Below are positions 16,569-26,145 of a stretch of 32,000 nt of DNA, in pieces (position 1 is the first letter of the stretch; each line of letters opens with the position of its first letter). The notes under the pieces are model-generated. The model saw nothing but the letters and a program-made list of their open reading frames with translations, ran no database searches and was not told the origin of the DNA. A program made the position numbers and the translations under genes. The stretch comes from Pseudomonadota bacterium. Lineage in GTDB: Bacteria; Pseudomonadota; Gammaproteobacteria; Pseudomonadales; Halieaceae. The stretch is taken from positions 256,817-288,816 of the forward strand of contig JBCBTK010000002.1 in assembly GCA_039818725.1 (NCBI GenBank), given 5' to 3'.

Positions 16569-19500
16569 TCAGCTGCGCTCCAGCTCCGCGGCGAGAGCGC
16601 TGCCCAGCTCCGCGAGGCGATTCCTGAGCCGCTCAAGCACCTCGTCGGCCTCATCGGCCTTTCCGGCACGACCCAGGTCTTCGAGTTCGAGCGCAACCGC
16701 CGCGGCGGCCCGCGCGCCCACAACCCGGGACGATCCCTTCAACGCGTGCGCGCTTTGCTTCAGCTCTTCGCTGGCCTCGCGTTCCACCGCAGCGGTGATG
16801 GCAGCAAGCGCGGCGGGATACTGGTCCAGGAACATCTCGCTGAGTTCGCGCAGGAAGGCCTCATCACCATCGAGGTTGCGCAGGGCCGTGGACCAGTCGA
16901 GACAGGGCTCTTCGCCTGCGGGTCCGGGCTCCGACTCGACCTCTGATGCAGCGGGCGGGACGATAGCGGGGGCTCTCTTTTCGACGACAAGCTCATCAAC
17001 CGTGCGAAGGAGGTCGTCGGCCCGGAACGGTTTGCTGACAAAGCCGTCCATGCCGGCGGTCAAACAATTCTCGCGGTCCTCCAGCGTCGCTCCCGCGGTC
17101 ACGGCAATGATAGGTAAGTGGCTGCCGCTGCCGCGCTCCCGTTCCCTGATCAGCCGCGTCGCCGTCAGCCCGTCCATCACCGGCATATGCACATCCATGA
17201 GGATAAGGTCGAACTCTTCGCGTGCGCTGTTTTCCACGGCTTCACGGCCGTTGCTCGCCACACTCACGCTGTGTCCCCGGCGGCCCAACATTTCTGTGGC
17301 AACCCGACGATTTACCGGATGGTCTTCCGCGAGCAGGATACGCAGTTCGCGGCCGCTGCCCGTCGGACCTTCAGATACCTCCGGTGTTTCCGAGCCGCCC
17401 GGACCGAGGGCTGCGGTCACCGCCTCAAGCAGCTTCGATTGTTTTGTCGGTTTGAGCAGCACCTGGCTCACATCCAAGCGCTCGCGCAGTTCTTCTGCGT
17501 CCGGTCTCCCGGCCGACGTGAGCAGTATGATGCGCAGCGCGGCCATATCCGGTCTTTGACGTATGCGCGCAGCGACCTCGAGTCCGTCCATCTTCGGCAT
17601 CATTACATCCAGGAGAACGAGGTCCACGGCGTCGGCGGTCCCCGAGGTCTGCTCGAGATTCTCAAGGGCCTGTGCGCCGCTGGCGACGCTGAAAACCCCC
17701 ATGCCCCAGTCGGCAAGCAGTTCCTCGAGTATCCGCCGATTGGTGTCGTTGTCGTCGACGACGAGCGCGCTCCGGCCCGTAAGGATTTGCGAGGGAAGGG
17801 ACACAGGAACCGGGGCCTCCGCGACGGGAACCGTGACCGTGAAATGGAAAGTGCTGCCCTGTCCCGCCGCGCTGCGTACGGCCAGTTCGCCGCCCATCAT
17901 CCGCACGATCTGCCCGGCAATGGACAGACCCAGACCGGTGCCACCGAACTGACGCGTGGTCGAGGAATCCGCCTGACTGAAAGCTTCGAAGATTTTGCGC
18001 TGCTGGGCCTCGGAAATGCCGATGCCCGTATCGCGCACCTCGAAAAGCAGACTCACCCCATCGGCGAAGGCCTGGGGAGACAGGGCTACGGCGACCTCGC
18101 CGTTCTCCGTGAACTTGATCGCGTTGCCTACGAGATTAACGAGCACCTGCCTCAGGCGAAGCGGGTCTCCAACGAGCCAGTCGGGCACTTCCGGCGGAAT
18201 ATGCAGCGTCAGTTCCAGACCTTTTTCGTTGGCTCGCAGAGCCAGGGTCTGCAAGGTATCGCCCAGCACCTCGCGCACGCTGAAGGGAATAGCCTCCAGC
18301 TCGAGATGTCCCGCCTCGATCTTCGAGAAGTCGAGGATATCGTTGATCAGACCCAGCAGCGTGTCCGCGGACTTGAGTATCAGGGAAACGTACTCTTCCT
18401 GCTGTGCGGTCAGCTTTGTGCCTTCGAGGAGTTCAGCGATGCCGATGACCCCATTCATGGGGGTGCGGATTTCATGGCTCATCGTCGACACAAAAAGACT
18501 TTTGGCCTCGGTAACTTCCAGGAGCTTTTCGTTTGCTATTTCCAGCTCGTCGGTTTTCGCCTCGAGTTCCACGGCGATATTGTGCTTACTGCGGTAGGCG
18601 CGGAACGTGAGCACGATGAGTAGCGACACCAACATGAGTCCCGATGCGGTACCGATCAGGAAGTACTTCTGGATCTCGATGGTGCTGAGCTGCGTCACAA
18701 GCACCATCCCCTGATCTTCTATGCGCTGCTCCTGTATGGCGATGGACGCGTCCTGCGCCTCAAGACGCTGCCGCTGCTCTTCTAGACGCTGCTGGTTGTC
18801 CTCGATGCGCTGCGTATAGGACTCGATGCTGGCCTCCTTATCCGCAAGCACCTGCTCCTTTTCCCTGAGCTCACGGGCGTTTGCCTGCAGTTCACGCGCG
18901 TTGTCCCCAATCTGCGCGACGCTGTCCTCGAGGAGGCGCTGCACCCCAACAAGCTGAGTCTCGAAGGCCGTGAGTTTTTCGCGGTTGGCGGCAATTTCCC
19001 CGAGCTGCTGCTCGATGGTTTCACTCTGTTCCTCAAGTCGCGCCTGCTGCTCCGCCACGAGCGCACTTGCCTCGGCAAGGCGTTCCTCGGTCTTGACGTA
19101 GACTTCGGCGAGGTCGACCTTGTCACCACCGAACAGCAGGACCTCTCGGGATGGCGTGAGTCCGGCTTCGATCATGTTGCTTGCGCTGATCTCGAAGGCC
19201 ACGCGGTCCCGGGAGGGATAGGTGAAGTTCATCATGATATTGGCGCTGTCCTGTGCGCCGTCGGTGACGAGCAAGGTGTCCGTGCCGTTGAAGCGGCGGC
19301 GAAGCTCGCCGAGCCCATTATTCATCTCAGGCATCAAGAGCAGGATATGGCTGCGGACGGCTGAGTCGAGATCGTCGAAGCGTTCTACGGCGACGGGCTT
19401 TCCCCGGGAGAGCCCGAGGGCGGCGTCGCGTTCCAGGGTCTCGAGCAGTTGCGGGTCATCGCCGTAGACTCCGATGAGGAACTCGTCGATGTCTTCTTCG

Positions 19501-19661
19501 TCAGGCCATGACGAGTTGCGAAGTACGGCGAGCACCAGGCGGCTTTTTGCGTCCGCGATGGTTACCAGCTCCTCGTCCTGCGCGGAGGCGGACGACGTCA
19601 GCACCAGCAGAAGCAGCGCTAGGGAACTGTTGAGCCATCTGGCAGGTCGTGCTTCGCGCAA
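16569..19661 (-). CDS. Hybrid sensor histidine kinase with N-terminal YfiR (DUF4154) domain and REC-REC-Hpt C-terminus
   Basis: 1030 aa. Signal peptide; YfiR-like 'KSRLVLAVLRNSSWPDEEDIDEFLIGVYGDD...ISASNMIEAGLTPSREVLLFG'; long coiled coil; TM 'FLIGTASGLMLVSLLIVLTF'; HisKA 'FVSTMSHEIRTPMNGVIGIAELL'; HATPase 'DTGIGISEAQQRKIFEAFSQADSSTTRQFGGTGLGLSI'; REC 'ALVVDDNDTNRRIL...DLVLLDVMMPKMDG'; REC 'ILLAEDHPVNRRVA...DLILMDVHMPVMDG'; Hpt 'ELKQSAHALKGSSRVVGA'. Confidence 0.92.
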   Translation of the reverse strand: MREARPARWLNSSLALLLLVLTSSASAQDEELVTIADAKSRLVLAVLRNSSWPDEEDIDEFLIGVYGDDPQLLETLERDAALGLSRGKPVAVERFDDLDSAVRSHILLLMPEMNNGLGELRRRFNGTDTLLVTDGAQDSANIMMNFTYPSRDRVAFEISASNMIEAGLTPSREVLLFGGDKVDLAEVYVKTEERLAEASALVAEQQARLEEQSETIEQQLGEIAANREKLTAFETQLVGVQRLLEDSVAQIGDNARELQANARELREKEQVLADKEASIESYTQRIEDNQQRLEEQRQRLEAQDASIAIQEQRIEDQGMVLVTQLSTIEIQKYFLIGTASGLMLVSLLIVLTFRAYRSKHNIAVELEAKTDELEIANEKLLEVTEAKSLFVSTMSHEIRTPMNGVIGIAELLEGTKLTAQQEEYVSLILKSADTLLGLINDILDFSKIEAGHLELEAIPFSVREVLGDTLQTLALRANEKGLELTLHIPPEVPDWLVGDPLRLRQVLVNLVGNAIKFTENGEVAVALSPQAFADGVSLLFEVRDTGIGISEAQQRKIFEAFSQADSSTTRQFGGTGLGLSIAGQIVRMMGGELAVRSAAGQGSTFHFTVTVPVAEAPVPVSLPSQILTGRSALVVDDNDTNRRILEELLADWGMGVFSVASGAQALENLEQTSGTADAVDLVLLDVMMPKMDGLEVAARIRQRPDMAALRIILLTSAGRPDAEELRERLDVSQVLLKPTKQSKLLEAVTAALGPGGSETPEVSEGPTGSGRELRILLAEDHPVNRRVATEMLGRRGHSVSVASNGREAVENSAREEFDLILMDVHMPVMDGLTATRLIRERERGSGSHLPIIAVTAGATLEDRENCLTAGMDGFVSKPFRADDLLRTVDELVVEKRAPAIVPPAASEVESEPGPAGEEPCLDWSTALRNLDGDEAFLRELSEMFLDQYPAALAAITAAVEREASEELKQSAHALKGSSRVVGARAAAAVALELEDLGRAGKADEADEVLERLRNRLAELGSALAAELERS

Positions 19662-19870
19662 GCGGGTGCTCCAGCAGACGCGTCCTGCGCTTAATATAGC
19701 AGTCGCGAGATGGCATTCACGAGTACTATAGACGGTTCAGTATTGGACTACGCACCGCGCTGCCATGGTGATTCTTCGCCCGACCAAGGACGGTTAAAGC
19801 GCGTGCCGCTGTCAGTAGATCCCGCTCGGCAGCTCTCAAGGAGCGCGGCGCAGATCACACCACTCGACTC

Positions 19871-20737
19871 CTATTCTCGGGCCCGTGCGAAGAAAGCGCT
19901 GTCCGGAACGACCGCCATCGCCTCGGACTCCGACGACGCAGCGCTGCTCGCGCGATAGATTCGCATCGCCATCAGGTAGGCAATGAGGATCGCAAGGACA
20001 ACGGCCATGGCCGTTTTCCAGTTGAGGGTTTGCAGCTGGCTCAGCGTCATCAAGTACAGCGACAGGTAGAGTGCCGCGGCGCTAAGCGCGATTTCCGCGA
20101 GTGAGTATGTGGCGACGAGATAGCCCAGGAATCCGAGCGCGGCGAGGAACGTCAGGAGAACGGTCACGGGAGCTCTACCGCTTCCCCGCCGCCCGTTGTA
20201 TTTGACGCCAGTCCAATAGCCGAGGCGCACGAAATACCACGCGACGTGACCGACGATCCGGTTCCCATTGACCACGGTGATGATGTCACGAAACAGGCGG
20301 TCCGCCACATCGCGTTTGATGATGACCTTCTGCGGCGGCCCGCCCGCTTTGGCCACCTTGAGATAGCCGTAGCGAAACGCGTAGTCGTGGACGAGGGATG
20401 CGATCAGCAGGACGCCCAGGGGACGGAGTACGCCGATCGTTATCATGCTGACCAGCCAGGGCACGGGGATCGATGCGCCGTCGAATTCGAAGCGCTCTCC
20501 GTCCGTTGTCTCCGGCACGATGATCTCACCGGAAAAATCCGGGTAGCGGTCCGAGCGAAGCGTAATGCTCCAATCTTCCGCCAGGTAAAAGAAACGTCGC
20601 ACAGACGCGATGGCGATCTGCTTCAGCCAGTGCGCGTCTGGTCTGGTAGAGATGGATTTGAAGACGATGTGGGGAAGACGAAGTCTGACCTCAAAGTCCG
20701 TGCCCTCGCCGAAAACCTCGAGATCGTCCTGAGTCAT
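19871..20737 (-). CDS. DUF1353-domain protein with C-terminal transmembrane segments
   Basis: GERFEFDGASIPVPWLVSMI...GVLLIASLVHDYAFRYGYL...RDVADRLFRDII; hydrophobic tail VTVLLTFLAALGFLGYLVATY... and TAMAVVLAILIAYLMAM. Confidence 0.75.
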   Translation of the reverse strand: MTQDDLEVFGEGTDFEVRLRLPHIVFKSISTRPDAHWLKQIAIASVRRFFYLAEDWSITLRSDRYPDFSGEIIVPETTDGERFEFDGASIPVPWLVSMITIGVLRPLGVLLIASLVHDYAFRYGYLKVAKAGGPPQKVIIKRDVADRLFRDIITVVNGNRIVGHVAWYFVRLGYWTGVKYNGRRGSGRAPVTVLLTFLAALGFLGYLVATYSLAEIALSAAALYLSLYLMTLSQLQTLNWKTAMAVVLAILIAYLMAMRIYRASSAASSESEAMAVVPDSAFFARARE

Positions 20738-20880
20738 GCGGCGCTGTCAGGTTTAAGCGGCGGCGACTTGAGTCTCACTGGCGCTGGAACGAATGCATCC
20801 ATACTGAACACCCTGCAGCATTCCCTTTGGTCCGCGAGAATAATCAGGAGTCAAGCATAGCAATACCGCGGCGAGGGCAG

Positions 20881-23616
20881 CTACGGCAGCGAGTCGGCGG
20901 CGGACTCGGATTCCAGCGCGTCCGCATATTCGACGACAAGAGCCTCCAGTTCCGGCAGACAGGATCCGCAGCCCGTGCCGCAGCGCAGCTCACGGCCCAG
21001 CGCTTCGCTGCTGCCGGCTCCGGCCTTGAGGGCGGCGATTATGCTCGTCCGCGTTACCTCGTGGCAGCTACACACCAACGCATCCCCTCCGCCGGTCGCC
21101 GGCGACGGCTTCAGCAAAGCCCAGCGCGATGACGGCAGATCTCGCGCCAGCAAACGTTCCAACCAGGCGGGATCGGGCAGCAGTTCCTGCGATTCCTGCT
21201 GATACAGTGCGGCGGCAAGCCCCTCATCCATCCACACGCGGCGTTCCATCACGGGTGCCTGCCCCGATACGGCCATGACTTCCGTGTGCGCGTGGCTCTG
21301 GTCAACGAGTTCGCGCAGGGCGATCGGATCGACGTCCGCAAGCAGATACATTTCACCGCCACTCACCTTCACTCTCGACCAATAGCTGGCCTTCAGCTGA
21401 GCCGTATCGATTTCGCCGCGCATCAGCAGCAGAGCCCAGGATTGGACTTCGACGCGCTCGACGTCTACCTCGGCGAGCTTGGACTGGGGCTGACCCGAGA
21501 TGGGATCGGTGATCGGCGGAAGCAGTGCGGAAACGCAGGCAGCGGACGCAAAGCGGTCGTTCCAGTGGATCGGAAGAAAGATCGCATCGCGCGCCATGCC
21601 CGGATCATGCGCTGCGGTCGCGACCACGGAGGCATCGTGATTGGATAGGCGCAGCAGATCGCCCGGTCGGACCGCGAGCTTCGCCGCCGTTTCCGGATGC
21701 AGCGCCGCGGCAAAGAATCGCCGATGGCGATTCAGGAGCGGAGCCAGGCCCGTGCGGGTCATGGTGTGCCACTGATCCCGTAATCGACCGGTGTTTAACA
21801 GCAGCCGCTGCGTCGACGCCGATCCAGCGTCCGTCGCTCCGACTCCACTCTCAGGTTTGACCGGGAGCATGCGCATGCGGCGATTCGGGTGGAACGCCGG
21901 GATGCTCGGGGGCGCCGCGCCCGACGCCGGGAGAGGCCAGCGCTGCGGCGACATCACGGCAAACTCTTCGTCGGACTGCGCTGCGAGCGCGCCGATGTCG
22001 AAATCGCGCGAGCCGCTGTTCTCCCAGGCAGAAAGCGCCGCATGCTCGCGGAAAATGGCCGCCGGCGAGGCGTAGGAAAAGGCGTCGGCAAAACCCAGGC
22101 GCGCAGCGATGTCACAGACGATCTGCCAGTCGTGCCGCGCCTCCCCCGACGGCTCACAAAAAGCGCGCTGCCGGGAAATCACCCGTTCGGAATTCGTGAC
22201 CGTGCCATCCTTCTCGCCCCAACCCGTCGCGGGCAGAAGCACGTCGGCGAACTCCGCGGTATCCGTGTTTGCAACGCAGTCCGAGACCACCACTGTTTCG
22301 CAAAGACTCAATGCCTCGCGCACGCGCTGGGAATCGGGGAGGCTCACGGCCGGGTTCGTGGCCATGATCCACACAAACTTGATCTCGCCGCGGTGCATGG
22401 CGTCGAAGAGGTCCACAGCCTTGAGACCGGGCTGCGTCGCCATCGCCGGTGCTTCCCAGAAGCGCTGGACGCGGTCCACGTCCTCGGGCGAGAAGTCCAT
22501 ATGCGCGGCGAGCTGGTTGGCCAGCCCACCGACCTCTCGACCGCCCATGGCGTTCGGCTGCCCGGTGATGGAAAAGGGCCCGGCTCCGGCTCGGGAGATG
22601 CGCCCCGTTGCCAGGTGGCAATTGATTATGGCGTTCGCCTTGTCCGTTCCCGTCGCGCTCTGGTTGATGCCCTGAGAGAAGAAGGTGACTGTTCGTTCCG
22701 TGCGCGCAAAGAGGCGATAAAAGTCTTCGAGCTGCTTTACGGCGAGACCCGTTTCCGCGGCAACGCGCCCGAGGGAACAGTCCCGGGCGGCCGCGAAGCT
22801 CTGCTCCGCATGATCGACGTGCGCCTGGATCCAGCGTTCATCGACGTGGCCATTCTGCTCGAGATAGGCGAGAAGGCCCGCGAAGAGAAATGCATCGCTG
22901 CCGGGTTTGATCGCCAGATGCATATCCGCCGCATCGGCGCTGGCGGTGTTGCGCGGATCTATGAGTACGATCCGCTTCTGCGCGCGAGCCTTCCGGGATG
23001 CGACGATGCGTCGGTACAGCACCGGATGGGTCCAGGCCGCATTGGATCCCACGAGCACTAGGAGATCACAGTCGTCGAGGTCCGAATAACTGCACGGCAC
23101 AAAGTCAGCCCCAAAGGCACGCTTGTAGGCCGCTACCGCCGACGCCATGCACAGACGCGAATTGGTATCCACATTGGCGCTGCCGAGAAAGCCCTTCATC
23201 AGCTTGTTGGCGACGTAGTAATCCTCGGTCAGGAGCTGGCCGGACAGATAGAACGCTATGGCGTTCGGGCCGTGCTGTGTGAGTGCATCACGCAGCTTCG
23301 CACTGACGTGATCGAGCGCCGCGTCCCAGTCGCTGCGTGAGCCGTGAATCTCTGGGTAGAGCAGACGCCCCTCGGACGTCAGCGTCTCCGCCAGCGCCTG
23401 ACCCTTTACGCACAGGCGCCCCTCGTTGGCGGGATGATCGGGATCACCGGCCACGCTTACCCCGCCATCCTCCGGGCGCACTTCCACGCCGCAACCGACA
23501 CCGCAGTAGGGACAGGTAGTGCGGCAGCTCCCGGCACGATCCCGAGTCGGCTGTGATGCTGCAATGACCAGCGCATCGCCCTGTGCCGCTCCGGTATGCG
23601 TTTTCGCACTGGCCAT
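20881..23616 (-). CDS. nasA: Assimilatory nitrate reductase catalytic subunit (molybdopterin, 4Fe-4S, C-terminal BFD-type [2Fe-2S])
   Basis: TTCPYCGVGCGVEVRPEDGG...GRLCVKGQALAETL...INCHLATGRISRAGAGPFSITGQPNAMGGREVGGLANQLAAHMDF...; C-terminal VCSCHEVTRTSIIAALKAG...LRCGTGCGSCLPEL. Confidence 0.93.
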   Translation of the reverse strand: MASAKTHTGAAQGDALVIAASQPTRDRAGSCRTTCPYCGVGCGVEVRPEDGGVSVAGDPDHPANEGRLCVKGQALAETLTSEGRLLYPEIHGSRSDWDAALDHVSAKLRDALTQHGPNAIAFYLSGQLLTEDYYVANKLMKGFLGSANVDTNSRLCMASAVAAYKRAFGADFVPCSYSDLDDCDLLVLVGSNAAWTHPVLYRRIVASRKARAQKRIVLIDPRNTASADAADMHLAIKPGSDAFLFAGLLAYLEQNGHVDERWIQAHVDHAEQSFAAARDCSLGRVAAETGLAVKQLEDFYRLFARTERTVTFFSQGINQSATGTDKANAIINCHLATGRISRAGAGPFSITGQPNAMGGREVGGLANQLAAHMDFSPEDVDRVQRFWEAPAMATQPGLKAVDLFDAMHRGEIKFVWIMATNPAVSLPDSQRVREALSLCETVVVSDCVANTDTAEFADVLLPATGWGEKDGTVTNSERVISRQRAFCEPSGEARHDWQIVCDIAARLGFADAFSYASPAAIFREHAALSAWENSGSRDFDIGALAAQSDEEFAVMSPQRWPLPASGAAPPSIPAFHPNRRMRMLPVKPESGVGATDAGSASTQRLLLNTGRLRDQWHTMTRTGLAPLLNRHRRFFAAALHPETAAKLAVRPGDLLRLSNHDASVVATAAHDPGMARDAIFLPIHWNDRFASAACVSALLPPITDPISGQPQSKLAEVDVERVEVQSWALLLMRGEIDTAQLKASYWSRVKVSGGEMYLLADVDPIALRELVDQSHAHTEVMAVSGQAPVMERRVWMDEGLAAALYQQESQELLPDPAWLERLLARDLPSSRWALLKPSPATGGGDALVCSCHEVTRTSIIAALKAGAGSSEALGRELRCGTGCGSCLPELEALVVEYADALESESAADSLP

Positions 23617-23622
23617 GGGCGA

Positions 23623-25107
23623 TCAGGCGCTGCGCCGCGACGGTTCCGCGAGCACGGTCTTCGCGCGCTTCAGGGGGGTGACTTCCGCTTCCGTGACCGT
23701 CATGTCGGCGCCATGATCATCCACGAGCTGCTGGACCAGCGCCGCGCAGCCGCCACATCCCGTGCTCGCGCAGGTCGCTTTCTTTACCGCGGCCAGACTT
23801 CCACTCCCGGCTTCAATGGCCGCGATGATCTGCGCCTTGCTGACGTTGTGACAACGGCAGACCGCCGCGGACGGTGGCAGCGCATCGAGGCTGATAGCGG
23901 CATCGCCGTTCGGCACGATGAGACCCGCGGGATCCTCCGGCAGTTCGATTTCATGGAGGTAGTACTGCAATAGCGTGTCGTAATCGCTGCAGTCGCCGAC
24001 GAGCGCCGCGCCGAGTAAACGTCGGCCATCGCTGCTGACTACCAGACGCTTGTAGGTCGCCGCCTTACGATCGGCATAGAGCAGCGCCACGCTTCCCTCG
24101 CTGCGTCCGTGAGCATCGCCGATGCCACCGACGTCGACGCCCAGCAGCTTGAGTTTCGTGCTCATGTCGGCTCCGGTGAAACTACCGGAGATACCGGCGA
24201 CATCGCCGGCCACAACCTCGGCCATGCGATAGCCCGGTGCCATGAGTCCGAAGATACGACCCTTGTACAGCGCGCACTCTCCGATAGCGTAGATGCCGGG
24301 ATCGGAGCTTCGGCACTGCTCATCGATCACGATCCCACCGCGCTCCCCGATGTCGAGTCCACTGCTTCGCGCCAGCTCATCCCGGGGACGTATACCGGCG
24401 CTGAACACGACCATATCCGTGCTCAGCTGCTGCCCGTCGTCGAACTCCAGTCGCAGTGTCGTGCTCTCGCCCGCCACGATGCGCTGCGTGTTGCGCCGCG
24501 TGTGCACGCGCACGCCGAGGTCTTCGATCTTCCGGCGTAGCATCGAGGAAGCGCCATCATCGAGCTGCACGCCCATCAAGCCCGGTGCGAACTCGACTAC
24601 GTGTGTTTCCAGTCCAAGGTTTTTTACGGCATTGGCGCACTCGAGTCCGAGAAGGCCTCCCCCCACCACCACGCCGATGCGCGACCGGGCGGCCGTCGCC
24701 CGGATCCGTTCCAGGTCGTCGAGCGTTCGATAGACCATGCACCCCGCCTGGTCGTGGCCGGGGACGGACGGCACAAAGGGATAGGACCCCGTGGCCAGTA
24801 CCAGAATGTCGAACGACAGCTCACGACCAGATTCCGTGACCACGACGCGGCGTTCACGATCGATGGTCACGGCCCGATCTCCCAGGATCAGGTCCACACC
24901 CCAGTCGGCATATTCCTGTGCACTCGAAAGGGCGAGATCTTCGGGATCGGAGCCGGCGAATACCTCGGACAGATGGACGCGGTCATAGGCAATGCGAGAC
25001 TCCTCGCCGACCACCGTGACCACGGCCCCACTGCCCGAGCGCATCAGAGTGGCGACGAAATGGTGCCCGACCATTCCATTGCCGATAACAAGAATCTGCT
25101 CACTCAT
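23623..25107 (-). CDS. NirB/NasB/NasC-like NAD(P)H-FAD oxidoreductase with BFD-type [2Fe-2S] domain, no siroheme nitrite reductase domain
   Basis: 494 aa. ILVIGNGMVGHHFVATLM; YDRVHLSEVFAG; VVVGGGLLGLECANAVKNLGLETHVVEF; GIYAIGECALYKG; VCRCHNVSKAQIIAAIEAGSGSLAAVKKATCASTGCGGC; ORF stops soon after. Confidence 0.88.
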   Translation of the reverse strand: MSEQILVIGNGMVGHHFVATLMRSGSGAVVTVVGEESRIAYDRVHLSEVFAGSDPEDLALSSAQEYADWGVDLILGDRAVTIDRERRVVVTESGRELSFDILVLATGSYPFVPSVPGHDQAGCMVYRTLDDLERIRATAARSRIGVVVGGGLLGLECANAVKNLGLETHVVEFAPGLMGVQLDDGASSMLRRKIEDLGVRVHTRRNTQRIVAGESTTLRLEFDDGQQLSTDMVVFSAGIRPRDELARSSGLDIGERGGIVIDEQCRSSDPGIYAIGECALYKGRIFGLMAPGYRMAEVVAGDVAGISGSFTGADMSTKLKLLGVDVGGIGDAHGRSEGSVALLYADRKAATYKRLVVSSDGRRLLGAALVGDCSDYDTLLQYYLHEIELPEDPAGLIVPNGDAAISLDALPPSAAVCRCHNVSKAQIIAAIEAGSGSLAAVKKATCASTGCGGCAALVQQLVDDHGADMTVTEAEVTPLKRAKTVLAEPSRRSA

Positions 25108-25161
25108 AGCGTTTTCTTATCTTTGTTTCGGCCCGTTCAAGCGGTTTGTCAGCGCGATTCC

Positions 25162-26115
25162 TCAGGCCGCCCGAGGGCCGAGCTTCGTGACCTTCGCCGT
25201 ATGCACGGATTCAACGGCGGTGAAGACTTCTTCCCCACTTTCTGCCGGTTCTGCCGGATCTGCCGGAGCGGCAATCGCCACGGACTCGTCCTGCTCAGGG
25301 CTTGCTGTGCCGCGGCGGGCACCCGGCGAGCGGTCCACCTCATCGCCGTAGAGGAAGTTCAGGACCTGCTGGCGCAGGTGCACAAACTCGGGGTCTTCCG
25401 CCAGCTCCAGCCGGTCCCGGGGACGCGGAAGATGCACGTCGAGAACGTCTCCGATGGTCGCCGCGGGGCCGTTGCTCATCATCACGATGCGATCGGACAG
25501 CAGTACGGCCTCGTCCACATCGTGGGTAATCAGAATCACCGTGTTGCCCAGATCGGCCTGAATCTGCATCAACGAATCCTGGAGCCTTGCCCGGGTGAGG
25601 GCGTCGAGGGCGCCGAAAGGTTCGTCCATGAGCACCACCTTCGGCTCCATGGCCAGGCAGCGAGCGATGCCCACGCGCTGCTTCATGCCACCGGAGATTT
25701 CGCTGGGCAGTTTCTTTGCGGCATGGGCCATACCCACAAGTTCAAGGTTGTGTTCGATCCATTCGCGGCGCTCGGCGCGGCTCTTGGTCTTTCGGAACAC
25801 CTGGTTTACGGCAAGCGCCACGTTGTCATGCACATTGAGCCACGGCATGAGACTGTGATTTTGAAACACCACGGCGCGGTCCGGTCCGGGTCCGCGGACT
25901 TCCCTTCCCTCAAGGATCACACCGCCCTCGGTCGCGTCGTACAGACCCGCGACGATATTGAGCACCGTGGACTTGCCGCAGCCCGAATGCCCGATGAGGG
26001 ACACGAACTCGCCGCGCTGCATTTTCAGGTTGACGTTCTGCAGTGCGCGGAACGCGCCCCCCTTTTGGGGAAACTCGATGCCAACGCCGGTGATTTCCAG
26101 GTAGTGCTTGCTCAT
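25162..26115 (-). CDS. nrtD: Nitrate ABC transporter ATP-binding protein
   Basis: MSKHYLEITGVGIEFP...SLIGHSGCGKSTVLNIVAGL...VFQNHSLMPWLNVHDNVALAV...EISGGMKQRVGIARCLAMEPKVVLMDEPFGALDALTRARLQ. Confidence 0.9.
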   Translation of the reverse strand: MSKHYLEITGVGIEFPQKGGAFRALQNVNLKMQRGEFVSLIGHSGCGKSTVLNIVAGLYDATEGGVILEGREVRGPGPDRAVVFQNHSLMPWLNVHDNVALAVNQVFRKTKSRAERREWIEHNLELVGMAHAAKKLPSEISGGMKQRVGIARCLAMEPKVVLMDEPFGALDALTRARLQDSLMQIQADLGNTVILITHDVDEAVLLSDRIVMMSNGPAATIGDVLDVHLPRPRDRLELAEDPEFVHLRQQVLNFLYGDEVDRSPGARRGTASPEQDESVAIAAPADPAEPAESGEEVFTAVESVHTAKVTKLGPRAA

Positions 26116-26145
26116 CTTCGCTTTTCCTTATGTTTTGGCGCGCAC

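Noticed and set aside
17118-18623. 501-aa plus-strand ORF
   Set aside because: Antisense to the hybrid kinase; Arg/His-rich shadow ORF with no recognisable domain.
21889-23061. 390-aa plus-strand ORF
   Set aside because: Antisense of nasA; shadow ORF.
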